64,000 bases of DNA from an uncultured Nitrospiraceae bacterium (GTDB lineage Bacteria; Nitrospirota; Nitrospiria; Nitrospirales; Nitrospiraceae), in contig CAWJWJ010000001.1 in assembly GCA_963846575.1 (NCBI GenBank), positions 576,001-640,000 on the forward strand, in the 5' to 3' direction. The first letter of the stretch is position 1. Each line of letters begins with the position of its first letter. Below are positions 10,351 to 20,392 of this stretch, piece by piece. The translations under genes and the position numbers were made by a program. The notes under the pieces are model-generated. The model was not told the origin of the DNA and did not search any database. It saw only the letters and a list, made by a program, of their open reading frames with translations.

Positions 10351-10471
10351 TCCCGCGTCTGCTGCATGGTGGTCCACCCGTGAAGCCTTGGAGGAGCTTG
10401 ATTTTGACGGGGTGGAGCGGGATTGCGTCAGGGGAGGGGCTACGGCGGCAGACCAGCGTGACCGGATCCGG

Positions 10472-10496
10472 GCCGGGCGGCGACCTGCCGCCCGGC
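10472..10496. terminator. Stem-loop between the convergent adh and nirK genes
   Basis: gccgggcggc-gacct-gccgcccggc, a perfect 10-bp stem. Confidence 0.55.
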
Positions 10497-10506
10497 GGCT
10501 GGTGCG

Positions 10507-11499
10507 TTACTTGATCGTGAGATCCTGCTCGGTCAGCTTGATCGGTTCGACAAACGGCATGAGAGCCAGCGGTTTGGCCTCCTTGCTCACCTTCAAGAGC
10601 GCGATCGCTCCACGAAGCGCATCCGTGAGTGAATGCGTGACGATCGGATAGACGCCCTCATCCTCCCCGACGACCATGTCGAGGATGGCAGCTCCCGCCG
10701 GTGGAATCAGTTGCGTTTGAACCCCCCGGGTATGGTTGGCAGGATTCCCGCTCTCCCAGACATCACTCCAAATCTCCGCGATCGGGTGGACGGCCGAGAC
10801 ATTGTTAGGACCCGCGTTGACGAAGTAGAACCGGACCCGTTCGCCCGGCCCGGCCTCTAAGAACTCTCCTCCCGCCTTGCTGTGCACGGGATCGTAGCGG
10901 AAGACAGAGCCGTTAAAGACGACGTGTTGATACTTCCGGTCGAACATGGCATCCACGTCATCCGGATCTTTAAATAGCTCGCTTTGAACCAGCACGTACT
11001 CACGGTCGGCCTTCGGCATCGCCTTTGGATCTTTGGGATCCACGATGATGGCTCCCATCATCCCGCGTGCAATGTGCTGAATCATCGGAGAGGCGCCGCA
11101 GTGGTAGGCGAAGATCCCCGGCCACTTGGCCTCGAACTTATATTTGAGCGACTCCCCGGGGCGCAGCTCCTTGTAGTGCTCCAGGAAATTGGTTTTAGCG
11201 GCGTGGAAGTCCATCGAATGGGGCCGTCCATTGGTCTCGGGATTCGTGAGCGTGAAAATGACCTCGTCACCTTCCTGCACACGTATCACCGGGCCGGGGA
11301 ACTGGCCGTTGAACGTCCAGGCATCGTAGGTATGTCCTTCGCCATCGATGACGAGCTTGGTTTCCACCGCCGTCATGGACACCTCGACGACTTTCGCGAG
11401 AGCTGCATCCACAGGCAGCAGGGCCAGACTGTAGATCGACGCCATTCCTAGAACGGTCGCGATCATCGATCGCCTGGTGAAACGGTGTTGTGCTGTCAT
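10507..11499 (-). CDS. nirK: Copper-containing nitrite reductase
   Basis: Cu ligands HSMDFH, YHC…H…M, catalytic HPI, YPIVTHS. Twin-Arg-like signal (TRRSMI). Start at ATG 11499 after ggaggag. Confidence 0.9.
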   Translation of the reverse strand: MTAQHRFTRRSMIATVLGMASIYSLALLPVDAALAKVVEVSMTAVETKLVIDGEGHTYDAWTFNGQFPGPVIRVQEGDEVIFTLTNPETNGRPHSMDFHAAKTNFLEHYKELRPGESLKYKFEAKWPGIFAYHCGASPMIQHIARGMMGAIIVDPKDPKAMPKADREYVLVQSELFKDPDDVDAMFDRKYQHVVFNGSVFRYDPVHSKAGGEFLEAGPGERVRFYFVNAGPNNVSAVHPIAEIWSDVWESGNPANHTRGVQTQLIPPAGAAILDMVVGEDEGVYPIVTHSLTDALRGAIALLKVSKEAKPLALMPFVEPIKLTEQDLTIK

Positions 11500-11583
11500 A
11501 GTACAGGGGCTCCTCCATGTTAAGAATGATCGAGAACGGGGTCTCGCAAATCTGCATGGAGGATACCGACCCCTCAACAAATA

Positions 11584-11605
11584 AAACATGACATTTGTCA
11601 TGTTT
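11584..11605. promoter_or_regulatory. Perfect palindromic operator candidate upstream of nirK
   Basis: AAACATGACA-TT-TGTCATGTTT within an AT-rich stretch, about 85 bp upstream of the nirK start. Confidence 0.7.
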
Positions 11606-11786
11606 CTAAAATATCGCGCGACCTGCCGCTTCATCCCGGTTACGAACAGCACGGTCTGAGGGAAATCTGGCGCTTCCCGATCGTATGCCGGTCTGACGAG
11701 AGTTGCAGGCGGACGCTCACTGCACTCACCGGTCGGCACCTCCTCGCGGTGCGCCTCTGCCGGCAGGAAGGCCACCTGGCCGGTCC

Positions 11787-13157
11787 CTACCTCCTTTCCA
11801 TCTTGGACAGCTCTCCCAGATAATGCACGAACGCTTTTATGCCGCCGGAGGCTTGGCCCCAGTCGAAGTATTCGTTGGGAGCATGATAGCCATGCTCGGG
11901 CAGGCTGAGTCCCATGAAGAGGATCGGCACCTTCCAGAGCTTCTGCATCGTCACCACCGCGCCGATCGATCCGCCCTCGCGGATAAAGGCAGGCTCTTTG
12001 CCGAATCCCGCCTTTACCGCCCGCTTCACGGCCTCGACGTAGGGCCCGTCGAACAGGCCGCGGAACGGCTGCAACATCCCTTCGCGCTCGACCGTCACAT
12101 CGGGATTAAGCTTGGCGACATATTGTTTTAACAACGCAAAGGCTTTCTCCGGCGTTTGATTCGGCACCAGCCGCATGCTGACTTTCAGTTCTCCATGTCC
12201 CGGCACGACCGTTTTGACTCCCGGACCATGATAGCCACCGACCAGACCATGCACCTCGAAGGTCGGCGCGGCCCAGATCCGTCGCATAATCTCCGCCGGG
12301 TCCTGCGTGCGCAACGTCTTGAACCCATAGGCCTGCTTGAACTGATTCACCTGAAAACCGGACATGAGAAAGCTTTTGATCTCCGCCTTCGTCGGCTCGA
12401 CGACATCCTGGTAGAACCCGGGGATCTTCACCTTTCCGGTCCTCGCATCGACGCAGGCATGGACAATGTCCATCAGCTCGGCCAGTGGATTCCGCGCCGC
12501 CCCGCCTGTCACGCCGGAATGGGCATCCTTGGATCCGGTGCGCAGAATCAGGCGCGCGCCGAGCAAACCGCGCAACCCGTAGGGCATCGCCGGCCGCTTT
12601 TTCGACAGCCAGATCGTGTCCGAAATCACCACCGAATCCGGGCGGGGAATCGCAGCGCGGTTCTTGATAGCGCTCGCAAAACTGGGGCTGCCGTTTTCTT
12701 CTTCCAACTCCCAGAGAAGTCGCACATTGATCGGCACGCCCTGCTCAATGGCATACCGCGCGCCAAATAACGCCGCGAGGGCCGGCCCCTTATCGTCTGT
12801 AGCTCCGCGCCCGCGATAGAGGCCATCATCCTTTTGAAAGACAAAGGGGGCCTGTTTCCACTCGGGCTCTTGCGCCGGTTGCACATCCATATGGTTGTAG
12901 ATCGTCACGGTCGGATAGCTGGGATCGACCGTCCATCCGCCTGAAACCACCGGGTAGCCCGTGGTTTCGACGATGTTGGCTTCCGCGCCGGAGGCCCGCA
13001 GATATTGCGCCGCCAGTTCCGCCATCCTCCGCACATCGGACGCATGGCGCGGATCCATGCTGATCGAGGGAATCTCAACCGCCTGTCCCAGCATGTCTTC
13101 ATATCGTGGACGGAGATCCCTGATATAGATGTCTAGCTGCCGCTCCAAATCGCGCAT
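11787..13157 (-). CDS. M20/M25/M40 family metallo-hydrolase (dipeptidase)
   Basis: YNHMDVQP, GRGATDDKG, EEENGS, DAHSG, GGSIG, HAPNE. RBS ggagg before ATG 13157. Confidence 0.93.
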   Translation of the reverse strand: MRDLERQLDIYIRDLRPRYEDMLGQAVEIPSISMDPRHASDVRRMAELAAQYLRASGAEANIVETTGYPVVSGGWTVDPSYPTVTIYNHMDVQPAQEPEWKQAPFVFQKDDGLYRGRGATDDKGPALAALFGARYAIEQGVPINVRLLWELEEENGSPSFASAIKNRAAIPRPDSVVISDTIWLSKKRPAMPYGLRGLLGARLILRTGSKDAHSGVTGGAARNPLAELMDIVHACVDARTGKVKIPGFYQDVVEPTKAEIKSFLMSGFQVNQFKQAYGFKTLRTQDPAEIMRRIWAAPTFEVHGLVGGYHGPGVKTVVPGHGELKVSMRLVPNQTPEKAFALLKQYVAKLNPDVTVEREGMLQPFRGLFDGPYVEAVKRAVKAGFGKEPAFIREGGSIGAVVTMQKLWKVPILFMGLSLPEHGYHAPNEYFDWGQASGGIKAFVHYLGELSKMERR

Positions 13158-13254
13158 CGTGCTGCCTCCTAGTGATCGGCGGGGATTATATCGACTTGAA
13201 AAGCGAAAACACAGGACCGGGGCGATGCCCGGCAAAGAATGGTAGAATGCTCCG

Positions 13255-13743
13255 ATGAGTGCCGATTCGTCACAGACCGCAGAGTGCCTACGTACATGGT
13301 TGATCTGCGGCCTCGTGGGTGCGACCTTCGGCACCCTCGTGAATTGTCCGCACGCGTCGGCTGGCGAACCGGTCACCGTGCAAGAGATCCTGGCCGACCC
13401 TTCCCTGTTTCACTTGCGACAAATCACCTTGCGCGGAACCGTGCGAAACGTCCAGCCACTTGATCCGTACGAAATCCCGGCGGGTTCCACCTGTTACGGC
13501 GGCTATCTGTTCGGCCTGGAGGATGACACCGCGCTGCTATCCGTGGCAGTGCCCGGACTGTGCGGCGTGCCAATGGTCAAAGACCCCGACGTGGAAGACG
13601 GCGAGCGGGTGGCGGTAGAAGCCACGGTGCAAGCTCCCAGCCACGGAGGGTATGCGCTGAGCTTTAAAGGCGGAAAGATCGCCGTGGATCAGGAAGGTAT
13701 CGTTCAGGCGATCGCCAACCGCATCACTCCGCTGGTCGAATAA
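13255..13743 (+). CDS. Exported hypothetical protein (possible OB fold)
   Basis: Signal peptide, then VQEILADPSLFHLRQITLRGTV and LEDDT, typical of periplasmic OB-fold proteins. Confidence 0.65.
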   Translation: MSADSSQTAECLRTWLICGLVGATFGTLVNCPHASAGEPVTVQEILADPSLFHLRQITLRGTVRNVQPLDPYEIPAGSTCYGGYLFGLEDDTALLSVAVPGLCGVPMVKDPDVEDGERVAVEATVQAPSHGGYALSFKGGKIAVDQEGIVQAIANRITPLVE

Positions 13744-13746
13744 CCT

Positions 13747-14697
13747 ATGACTCATCCCCTCCGCGACGTCATTCCCTCACCCGCCACTCCCTCCGATACG
13801 CGCATTGGCTGGATCGGCACGGGCGTCATGGGGTCGCCCATGTGCCAACACCTGCAAGAGGCGCGGTACCGGGTCACGATCTTCACGAGGAACCGGAGCA
13901 AAGCCTCATACGTACTGGCCAAGGGAGCCACGTGGGCCGACTCCCCCGCCGCGGTGGCCGAACAGAGCGACGTCGTCCTGACGATGGTCGGGTTTCCATC
14001 GGATGTTCGGGAAGTCTACTCGGGCGAACAGGGGCTTCTGACTGCCGTACGGCCGGGGATGGTTCTGGTCGATATGACCACGACGGAGCCGTCACTGGCG
14101 CAAGAACTCTCCCTCTCCGCTCAAACGCAGGGAGCCTTTGCCGTCGATGCACCGGTCTCGGGCGGGGATGTGGGCGCGCGCAATGCCACTCTGTCGATCA
14201 TGGTCGGTGGCGCCACCAACGCGGTCCAGGCGATCATGCCCTTGCTCGAACGCCTGGGCAAAAAGATCGTTCATCAAGGCGATGCCGGAGCGGGCCAGCA
14301 TGCCAAGCTCTGCAATCAAATCGTGATCGCCGGCACCATGATCGGCGTCTGCGAGAGTTTGCTCTACGGGTACAAGGCGGGACTTCAGTTGGATCGCATG
14401 GTCGAATCGATCCGGGGCGGAGCCGCCGCCTGCTGGACCCTGGAGAACCTGGCCCCGAGAATTCTCGCTCGTAATTTTGATCCCGGCTTCTTCGTGGAAC
14501 ATTTCATCAAGGATATGGGCATTGCGCTGGAGGAAGCAGGCCGACGGCAACTCACCCTGCCCGGTCTCAGCCTCGCGCACCGGCTCTACGAGCGGGTGCA
14601 GGCACTCGGCCACGGTCGCGCCGGCACCCACGCCCTCATGCTGGCACTCGAAGATCTGTCGCACGTCGACTTGCCCAAGCCGCCAGCCTCGCCGTAA
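13747..14697 (+). CDS. NAD(P)-dependent oxidoreductase, 3-hydroxyisobutyrate dehydrogenase/tartronate semialdehyde reductase family
   Basis: IGWIGTGVMG, DAPVSGG, KLCNQ, FIKDMGIA. Confidence 0.93.
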   Translation: MTHPLRDVIPSPATPSDTRIGWIGTGVMGSPMCQHLQEARYRVTIFTRNRSKASYVLAKGATWADSPAAVAEQSDVVLTMVGFPSDVREVYSGEQGLLTAVRPGMVLVDMTTTEPSLAQELSLSAQTQGAFAVDAPVSGGDVGARNATLSIMVGGATNAVQAIMPLLERLGKKIVHQGDAGAGQHAKLCNQIVIAGTMIGVCESLLYGYKAGLQLDRMVESIRGGAAACWTLENLAPRILARNFDPGFFVEHFIKDMGIALEEAGRRQLTLPGLSLAHRLYERVQALGHGRAGTHALMLALEDLSHVDLPKPPASP

Positions 14698-14710
14698 TCA
14701 GAGGACTATT

Positions 14711-15442
14711 ATGAAAGCAGGTACCCTATCGAGATTGCTGACCGTGACTCTGGTGGTGATGTTGGCCGGATGCAGCGGCAGTCGCGGCCTCAATCGACTG
14801 GCCTTGCAGAAATCGTTTTACGACAATCCCGACATCGTCACCAACCAGGACATCGCGGCGACCATGACGCTGCGCGGAACCCTTCCTGCGCCCTATCGTC
14901 TGGCCATTTTCTTTAAACAAAAGGATTTCCCCGGCAGCCCCACCTTGAGAAAGGCGGACTGGGTCAGCGCGGACGCCGCACTCGTCCAACGGGCGCTTGA
15001 ACCCGTCAAAGAAGAAGGAATTATCCGGCAGATTTTTCTCCTCGCGAACTCGACCGTGCAGGGCACAACCTTGCGCGACATCCGCCTCGCCGCGGCCCGG
15101 TACAATGCAGACGCAGTCCTGGTGATAGACGGCGCCTCCGCCTCGGAACGCTACAACAACGGTTATGCCTGGTGGTATGCCACCGGCATCGGTGCGTATC
15201 TGGCCCACGGAACGGAAAGCCATGCCCTGTTCCTGATGGAGGGGACGTTGTGGGATGTGCGAACCGGCTATCTCTATGGGACGCAGACGGCGGAAGGCGA
15301 GACCACACTCATCGGACCGGCAACATCGCTGGAGGACAGAACCGCGATTGCCGAGGCGAAAGAGGTCGCCTTGGATCGATTCGGAAAAGAAACCGCCGGG
15401 ATGCTACGGCTGCTGAAGGAGAAGCAGAGCACGGTCAAATAA
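14711..15442 (+). CDS. Lipoprotein of unknown function
   Basis: Lipobox MLAG/C and RBS gagga. LWDVRTGYLY resembles CsgG/rhombotail-like lipoprotein cores. Confidence 0.75.
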   Translation: MKAGTLSRLLTVTLVVMLAGCSGSRGLNRLALQKSFYDNPDIVTNQDIAATMTLRGTLPAPYRLAIFFKQKDFPGSPTLRKADWVSADAALVQRALEPVKEEGIIRQIFLLANSTVQGTTLRDIRLAAARYNADAVLVIDGASASERYNNGYAWWYATGIGAYLAHGTESHALFLMEGTLWDVRTGYLYGTQTAEGETTLIGPATSLEDRTAIAEAKEVALDRFGKETAGMLRLLKEKQSTVK

Positions 15443-15615
15443 GCGCTTCACGCTTAGTCTCAGCCATTTTGTAGGCCGGATCCTTCCCGCGCGTGCTCCC
15501 GAAACTGTGGCGAACGCCAGGCCCGTCCGCGATGAACCGCGGAGGCCCAGCGAGCACGCCCGCGCCGGACAAGTGCATCTGACTGCCGCAGTGGTTGCGG
15601 CTGGAGACGTCCGGG

Positions 15616-16866
15616 TCACGGACTATCGAAGGTCCAGAGAATGCCGATTAATACCAGATGCTGATTCGGGGTAAGGCTGATCGCCCCCGGTTGACTATCT
15701 CTTCGACTGAAGAATCCTCCCCCTGCTCCGGTTGATTCATCCCATCTGTGTTCGAGCCGCACCATCGTGTTGGTCCACCGGTAAGGAATCCGGTACTCGA
15801 CCGTGGAAGTCACCGCTTTCACGAATTGCTCCGATCCCGTCCAGCGGCCATTTCGATCCCAGTAGAACTCCGGCCGAACCGCCAGCGTCCAGGGGCCGGC
15901 CACATGCCATCGCGCGACCACGTTCCCGCCCGTCACGAACGCCCGAGGATTCCCGGGACGATCGGCGATGTTCTCCGTCCCCACATCGTAGGAAGCCGCG
16001 AGCGTGAGTTCGTCACCTCTCCACTCGACGATATGGTTGACATAAAAGCGCCAGAAATCCAGGGCCGTATTGGTCTGGTCCGGCCCTGCATACAGTGTTT
16101 GCGTCACGGTGAGATGCGAGGTGGCTTTGTAGGCCCACTGACCGCCGTAACTCGGTCGATCGTTGGGGCGGGACAGGTGGTAATAGCCATTCACGATGAA
16201 GGCGGTCATCGTAAGCTTCTCAGTCACAGGATACCTGGCGTTGACGCCAAACATCATGTAGGGCGTGTTGTCCGCAATCCACGAGCGGGTGTAATTAGGG
16301 TTGTCCTTGGCATACAGCGACTCATAGCCGATGAGACTGTTAAACAGTCCGGCGGTGATCGTCAGTCCGTTCCCGACCGGGGCGAGATACGAGAGATTCG
16401 CGCGATGGAGGTGCCGGAGCGTATCCGCCCCGCTGACCTCCCGTTCGCCCTGCAGGAACGCAAAACGTTCCGAGTCGTATCCTCCTTGTATCCCGAGTTC
16501 CATACCCCAGCGGGATGACTCAGTCACATCCTTGCGGACATATGCGAGCGCCATATTGGGAGCGAGTTCGTTGTGGCGGGCAGCGGTCGCGCGATTGCGC
16601 CAGAGATGATTTTCCGGGAAATTGAAGTTGACGATGTATCCGATATCCAGGTAGGCGCCGTAATGCCAAAGATCCGTCCCGGTTGAGGGTATCGATTGCG
16701 GTGCCGAAGGGATGTCCTCCGCATGGGCCGGCGCAGATACCATCAGGCAGAGCACCACCCACCAGAGTCGGCCCAACACACCGGACCGGACGGCGTCTAG
16801 TACCCCTCCGCCACCAGGTCTCACGCCCAGGAGATGCTTCATCTCACGCACATTCTCAAAAACCAT
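15616..16866 (-). CDS. Outer-membrane beta-barrel protein (putative porin, BBP2/OmpL-like)
   Basis: Signal peptide (AHA/E). AGLFNSLIGYES…NPNYTRSW and PY…GV motifs of the BBP2-type porins that often accompany kdp genes. Confidence 0.75.
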   Translation of the reverse strand: MVFENVREMKHLLGVRPGGGGVLDAVRSGVLGRLWWVVLCLMVSAPAHAEDIPSAPQSIPSTGTDLWHYGAYLDIGYIVNFNFPENHLWRNRATAARHNELAPNMALAYVRKDVTESSRWGMELGIQGGYDSERFAFLQGEREVSGADTLRHLHRANLSYLAPVGNGLTITAGLFNSLIGYESLYAKDNPNYTRSWIADNTPYMMFGVNARYPVTEKLTMTAFIVNGYYHLSRPNDRPSYGGQWAYKATSHLTVTQTLYAGPDQTNTALDFWRFYVNHIVEWRGDELTLAASYDVGTENIADRPGNPRAFVTGGNVVARWHVAGPWTLAVRPEFYWDRNGRWTGSEQFVKAVTSTVEYRIPYRWTNTMVRLEHRWDESTGAGGGFFSRRDSQPGAISLTPNQHLVLIGILWTFDSP

Positions 16867-16960
16867 CCCTGTTGATCGCGGACATTTCGCGCGTGATTTC
16901 GCATCACAAGAGGAGGCAACCGAATATGACAGGCTAAGTCGTGCAAGTCGGTGGAAGCAC

Positions 16961-17656
16961 TCATGTCGTTCGGAGACGATACCCGAAACCCAATTCTGTC
17001 ACGAGGTGGCGAGGGCGGGAAGGATCGGCTTCAACTTTGCTCCTCAGTTGGCGTATAGACACGCGCAAATAGTGTCCTTCCTCCACACACGTCGGCCTCC
17101 AGACTTCTGTCAGCAACTGACGGTGGGTCATGACCTTTCCCGCCTGCCGGACCAGCGTAGCCAGAAGCTTGTACTCGGTTGGCGTGAGATGGATCTGCTT
17201 CCCGGAAGTAAACACCTGTCGACGGCCCAGATCAACGGTCAAGTCACCGAAGGTGCAGCTCCCCGCCGTGCCTTCTCCAGGGTGACGGGCGGCGTATCTG
17301 AGTGCTACCCGCATCCTGGCCAGCAGCTCGTCCACATTGAACGGCTTTGTGATGTAATCATCGGCGCCAAGATCAAGCGCTGCGCCTTCAGCCTGCTCCC
17401 GGTCGCTTGCGGAGAGCAACAGGATCGGCATGCTTGCCCATGCCCGAACCCGTCTCACAACCTCGGTGCTATTCATGTCAGGGAGGCCGAGGTCGAGCAG
17501 GATGAGGTCGGGATTGCGCAACCGGGCCTGCGCCAATCCTTCGGCGCCGGACGTCGCCTCGTACAGTCTGTATCCATAGGGCAGCAGGGCGGCACGAAGA
17601 ACCCGTCGGATTTCGACCTCGTCTGCGATGAGGAGCAGGCTGACGTCTTGCGCCGT
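16961..17656 (-). CDS. kdpE: KdpE-like OmpR-family response regulator with no canonical start codon (possibly a pseudogene)
   Basis: LLDLGLPD, GADDYITKPF and wHTH (GKVMTHRQLLTEVW…GFGYR). The receiver beta1 strand (VSLLLIADE) lies upstream of the first TTG at 17536 and is preceded by ACG at 17656 rather than ATG. Confidence 0.75.
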   Translation of the reverse strand, partial: TAQDVSLLLIADEVEIRRVLRAALLPYGYRLYEATSGAEGLAQARLRNPDLILLDLGLPDMNSTEVVRRVRAWASMPILLLSASDREQAEGAALDLGADDYITKPFNVDELLARMRVALRYAARHPGEGTAGSCTFGDLTVDLGRRQVFTSGKQIHLTPTEYKLLATLVRQAGKVMTHRQLLTEVWRPTCVEEGHYLRVSIRQLRSKVEADPSRPRHLVTELGFGYRLRTT

Positions 17657-17680
17657 CGTACCCAGGCGCGCATACGCATC

Positions 17681-20392
17681 TCAGGTGGCCGCTCGATCAC
17701 GTTCGGTGCGTGCAGGCTCGACGGTTGGAGGATTGTCCTCCAGAGGGAGCGTCAGGCGAAACACTGCGCCTCCGCCCGGTCGTTCTTCCAGCCATATGCG
17801 TCCTCCGTGGGCTTCGATAATTCCCCGGCAGATCGTCAAGCCTAACCCCACACCTCCCTCCTGGTCTGGTTGAAGCTGATAAAACCTCTCGAAGATGTGT
17901 TGTTCCTCATCGGCGGATATTCCCAGGCCCCTGTCCGCCACCGCTATTTCCACCGCATTGTTCCTCAGCGCCACCCTGAGCTCGATGGAACTCCGCTGAG
18001 GGGCATACTTCGCGGCGTTTTCAAGAAGGTTGACGAGCACCTGCTCCATCAACACGACGTCGACCAGCATCAAGGGCAGGTCCTGGGGGAATGTCGGCAC
18101 CACCGGATGACCAGCGAGTCGCGTTGCCACTCGCCGCAGCGCGCCCTCGGCAATATCATCGAGCGCGGCCCATTCCTTTCGCAGCTGTATGGCCCCTGCT
18201 TCCAAGCGCGTCATATCCAACACATTCTTCAACAATCGATCCAAGCGACCGGCCTCGTGGCTGATGGAGCGAATCAGTTCCTGCCGGATTGCCGGCTCCA
18301 ACGGCCGATTCTCGTTCAAGAGATCACGACTGGCGCCGACGATCGCCGCAAGCGGCGTGCGAAGGTCGTGCGAGACCGAACTCAGCACGGCGTTGCGCAT
18401 GCGTTCCGTCTCGGTCTGTACGTGAGCCTCCTGGGTTTCCTCCGTCGATCGAGCTCGCTCGAACGCCAGAGCCACCTGATTGGCAAAGGTCTCCAGCAGA
18501 TGCAGCTGCTCCGGATCGAACAGATCGTTGCCCCGCGAGGATTGCACGGCCACGACGCCGACCGGTCCTTCCGAGCCAAGGAGCGGAAGGTACAGGGACT
18601 GAGATTCTGGCAGCGTGTTGGTACCCTGGCCGGCAGGCTCCTTGTGGTCGAAGACCCACTGTGAAATGCCGGCTTCCTTGGGATCCAGGTCGAAGTCGAG
18701 GGCATCGCCTCGATGCAGATGAACCTGCCCGTCCCGATCCGGAAGAAACACCGCCACCTGGCAGTGAAACACATCGTGAATATGGCGGGATGCCACAGAC
18801 GCCAGTTTGTCCACTCCCCGTTGAGTGATCAATTCTCTACTCATGGCGTAGAGCGCGGCGGTTCGTTGTTCACGAATCACGGCCGCCTCGGCCTGCTGGC
18901 TCTTATGGGATGCGAGCCGGCTGATCAGCAGGGCCACCACTAACATGACCCCAAACGTCAGGAGATACTGCACATCCGAGACACCGAAGGAGTAATAGGG
19001 CGGAATGAAAAAGAAGTCGAACGCCGCCACGCTCATCATGGAGGCCAGTGCGGAAGGTCCCCGTCCCCATCTCGTTGCGACGATAGCGACCCCCAACAGA
19101 TACACCATGATCAGGTTGGCAGGACCGAAGTGGGACGACATGATCCAGCTCAGCCCGGTGCAGGCCGAGACAACGACGGCTGTCAGCCAATACTGCCGCC
19201 GTCCGCTGGTTCGTTGCAGGAGCGCCGCCATCATCGGCCTGCCCGATCCCGCTTCACCGGTCATCACCGAGATGTCCATATCCCCGCTGCCGCGGACGAG
19301 ATCCTCCACCACTGAACCGAACAGCCATTCTTTCCAGCGGGAGCGAAGCGGCTTTCCGACGATGATCTTCGTGACGTTGCGGCTGCGTGCATACTCCAAC
19401 AACTGTCGACTGACGTCGTCGCCGGTCAACGTAACGGTCTCGGCACCCATGCGTTCGGCCAGCCGAAGCGTCTCGATGCCGCGGCTGCGCTCGACATCGG
19501 ACAGCCGAAGATGCTTGGAGGTCTGCACGTACACAGCGATCCATTTGGCATGCATCCCGGCGGCCAGCTTGCGCGCCGCGCGGATCAGCATCGGCCCGCG
19601 GGATTTCAGGTTCACGCAAACCATGACGGTATCCGCTGCCGGCCAGGTTGCCACCACGGCATGATCGCGCCGGTAGGCTTCCATTTGCTGGTCAACGCGT
19701 TCGGCGGTCCGGCGCAGAGCCATTTCCCGCAACGCAATCAGATTTCCTTTCCGGAAAAAGTTACGGCCGGCCTGGCGCGCCTGTTCCGGAAGGTGGACCT
19801 TCCCCTCTTTGAAGCGCTGCAACAAATCGTCGGGCGGCAAGTCGATCAGTTCGACATCGTCCGCCTGTTCAAGCACCGAATCCGGCACCGTGTCACCCAT
19901 CCGTATGCCGGTGATCTGCGCCACGGCGTCGTGCGAACATTCAAGATGTTGCACACTCATGGTGGTATAGACGGTGATACCGGCTTTCAGCACCTCCAGG
20001 ACATCCTGCCAGCGTTTCGGATGCCGGGAGCCCGGCGCATTGATATGCGCCAGCTCATCCATCAATAAAATCTCCGGACGCCGGGCCAGTGCCGCATCCA
20101 AATCCATATCGAAGAGCGTGGTTCCTCCGGAAACGACCTCACGGGGGGGCAGGACCGGCAGCCCATTGATCAGTGCCTCCGTCTCCGGGCGACCGTGAGT
20201 CTCCACCGAACCGATCACAACGTCGATGCCGTCTTCCTGCTGCTCATGTGCGGCCTGCAACATGGCGTAGGTTTTCCCCACACCGGCGGTTGCGCCAAAG
20301 AAGATTTTCAGCTTGCCTCGCACGCGTAGAGCTTTTTCGTGGTGCATCGTTACACGGTTCGCCGGATCGACGTTCTGGGAACTCGGAGTCAT
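17681..20392 (-). CDS. kdpD: Sensor histidine kinase KdpD
   Basis: GKLKIFFGATAGVGKTY, DELAH…KRWQDV, Usp domain, four TMs (FDFFFIPPY), GAF, SHDLRTPL, HATPase. Confidence 0.95.
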   Translation of the reverse strand: MTPSSQNVDPANRVTMHHEKALRVRGKLKIFFGATAGVGKTYAMLQAAHEQQEDGIDVVIGSVETHGRPETEALINGLPVLPPREVVSGGTTLFDMDLDAALARRPEILLMDELAHINAPGSRHPKRWQDVLEVLKAGITVYTTMSVQHLECSHDAVAQITGIRMGDTVPDSVLEQADDVELIDLPPDDLLQRFKEGKVHLPEQARQAGRNFFRKGNLIALREMALRRTAERVDQQMEAYRRDHAVVATWPAADTVMVCVNLKSRGPMLIRAARKLAAGMHAKWIAVYVQTSKHLRLSDVERSRGIETLRLAERMGAETVTLTGDDVSRQLLEYARSRNVTKIIVGKPLRSRWKEWLFGSVVEDLVRGSGDMDISVMTGEAGSGRPMMAALLQRTSGRRQYWLTAVVVSACTGLSWIMSSHFGPANLIMVYLLGVAIVATRWGRGPSALASMMSVAAFDFFFIPPYYSFGVSDVQYLLTFGVMLVVALLISRLASHKSQQAEAAVIREQRTAALYAMSRELITQRGVDKLASVASRHIHDVFHCQVAVFLPDRDGQVHLHRGDALDFDLDPKEAGISQWVFDHKEPAGQGTNTLPESQSLYLPLLGSEGPVGVVAVQSSRGNDLFDPEQLHLLETFANQVALAFERARSTEETQEAHVQTETERMRNAVLSSVSHDLRTPLAAIVGASRDLLNENRPLEPAIRQELIRSISHEAGRLDRLLKNVLDMTRLEAGAIQLRKEWAALDDIAEGALRRVATRLAGHPVVPTFPQDLPLMLVDVVLMEQVLVNLLENAAKYAPQRSSIELRVALRNNAVEIAVADRGLGISADEEQHIFERFYQLQPDQEGGVGLGLTICRGIIEAHGGRIWLEERPGGGAVFRLTLPLEDNPPTVEPARTERDRAAT

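Noticed and set aside
11500..11775. N-terminal extension of NirK in the ORF track
   Set aside because: It runs through the AT-rich promoter and palindrome. The signal peptide and SD support ATG 11499.
16712..17845. 377-aa plus-strand ORF
   Set aside because: Antisense shadow of kdpE and kdpD.
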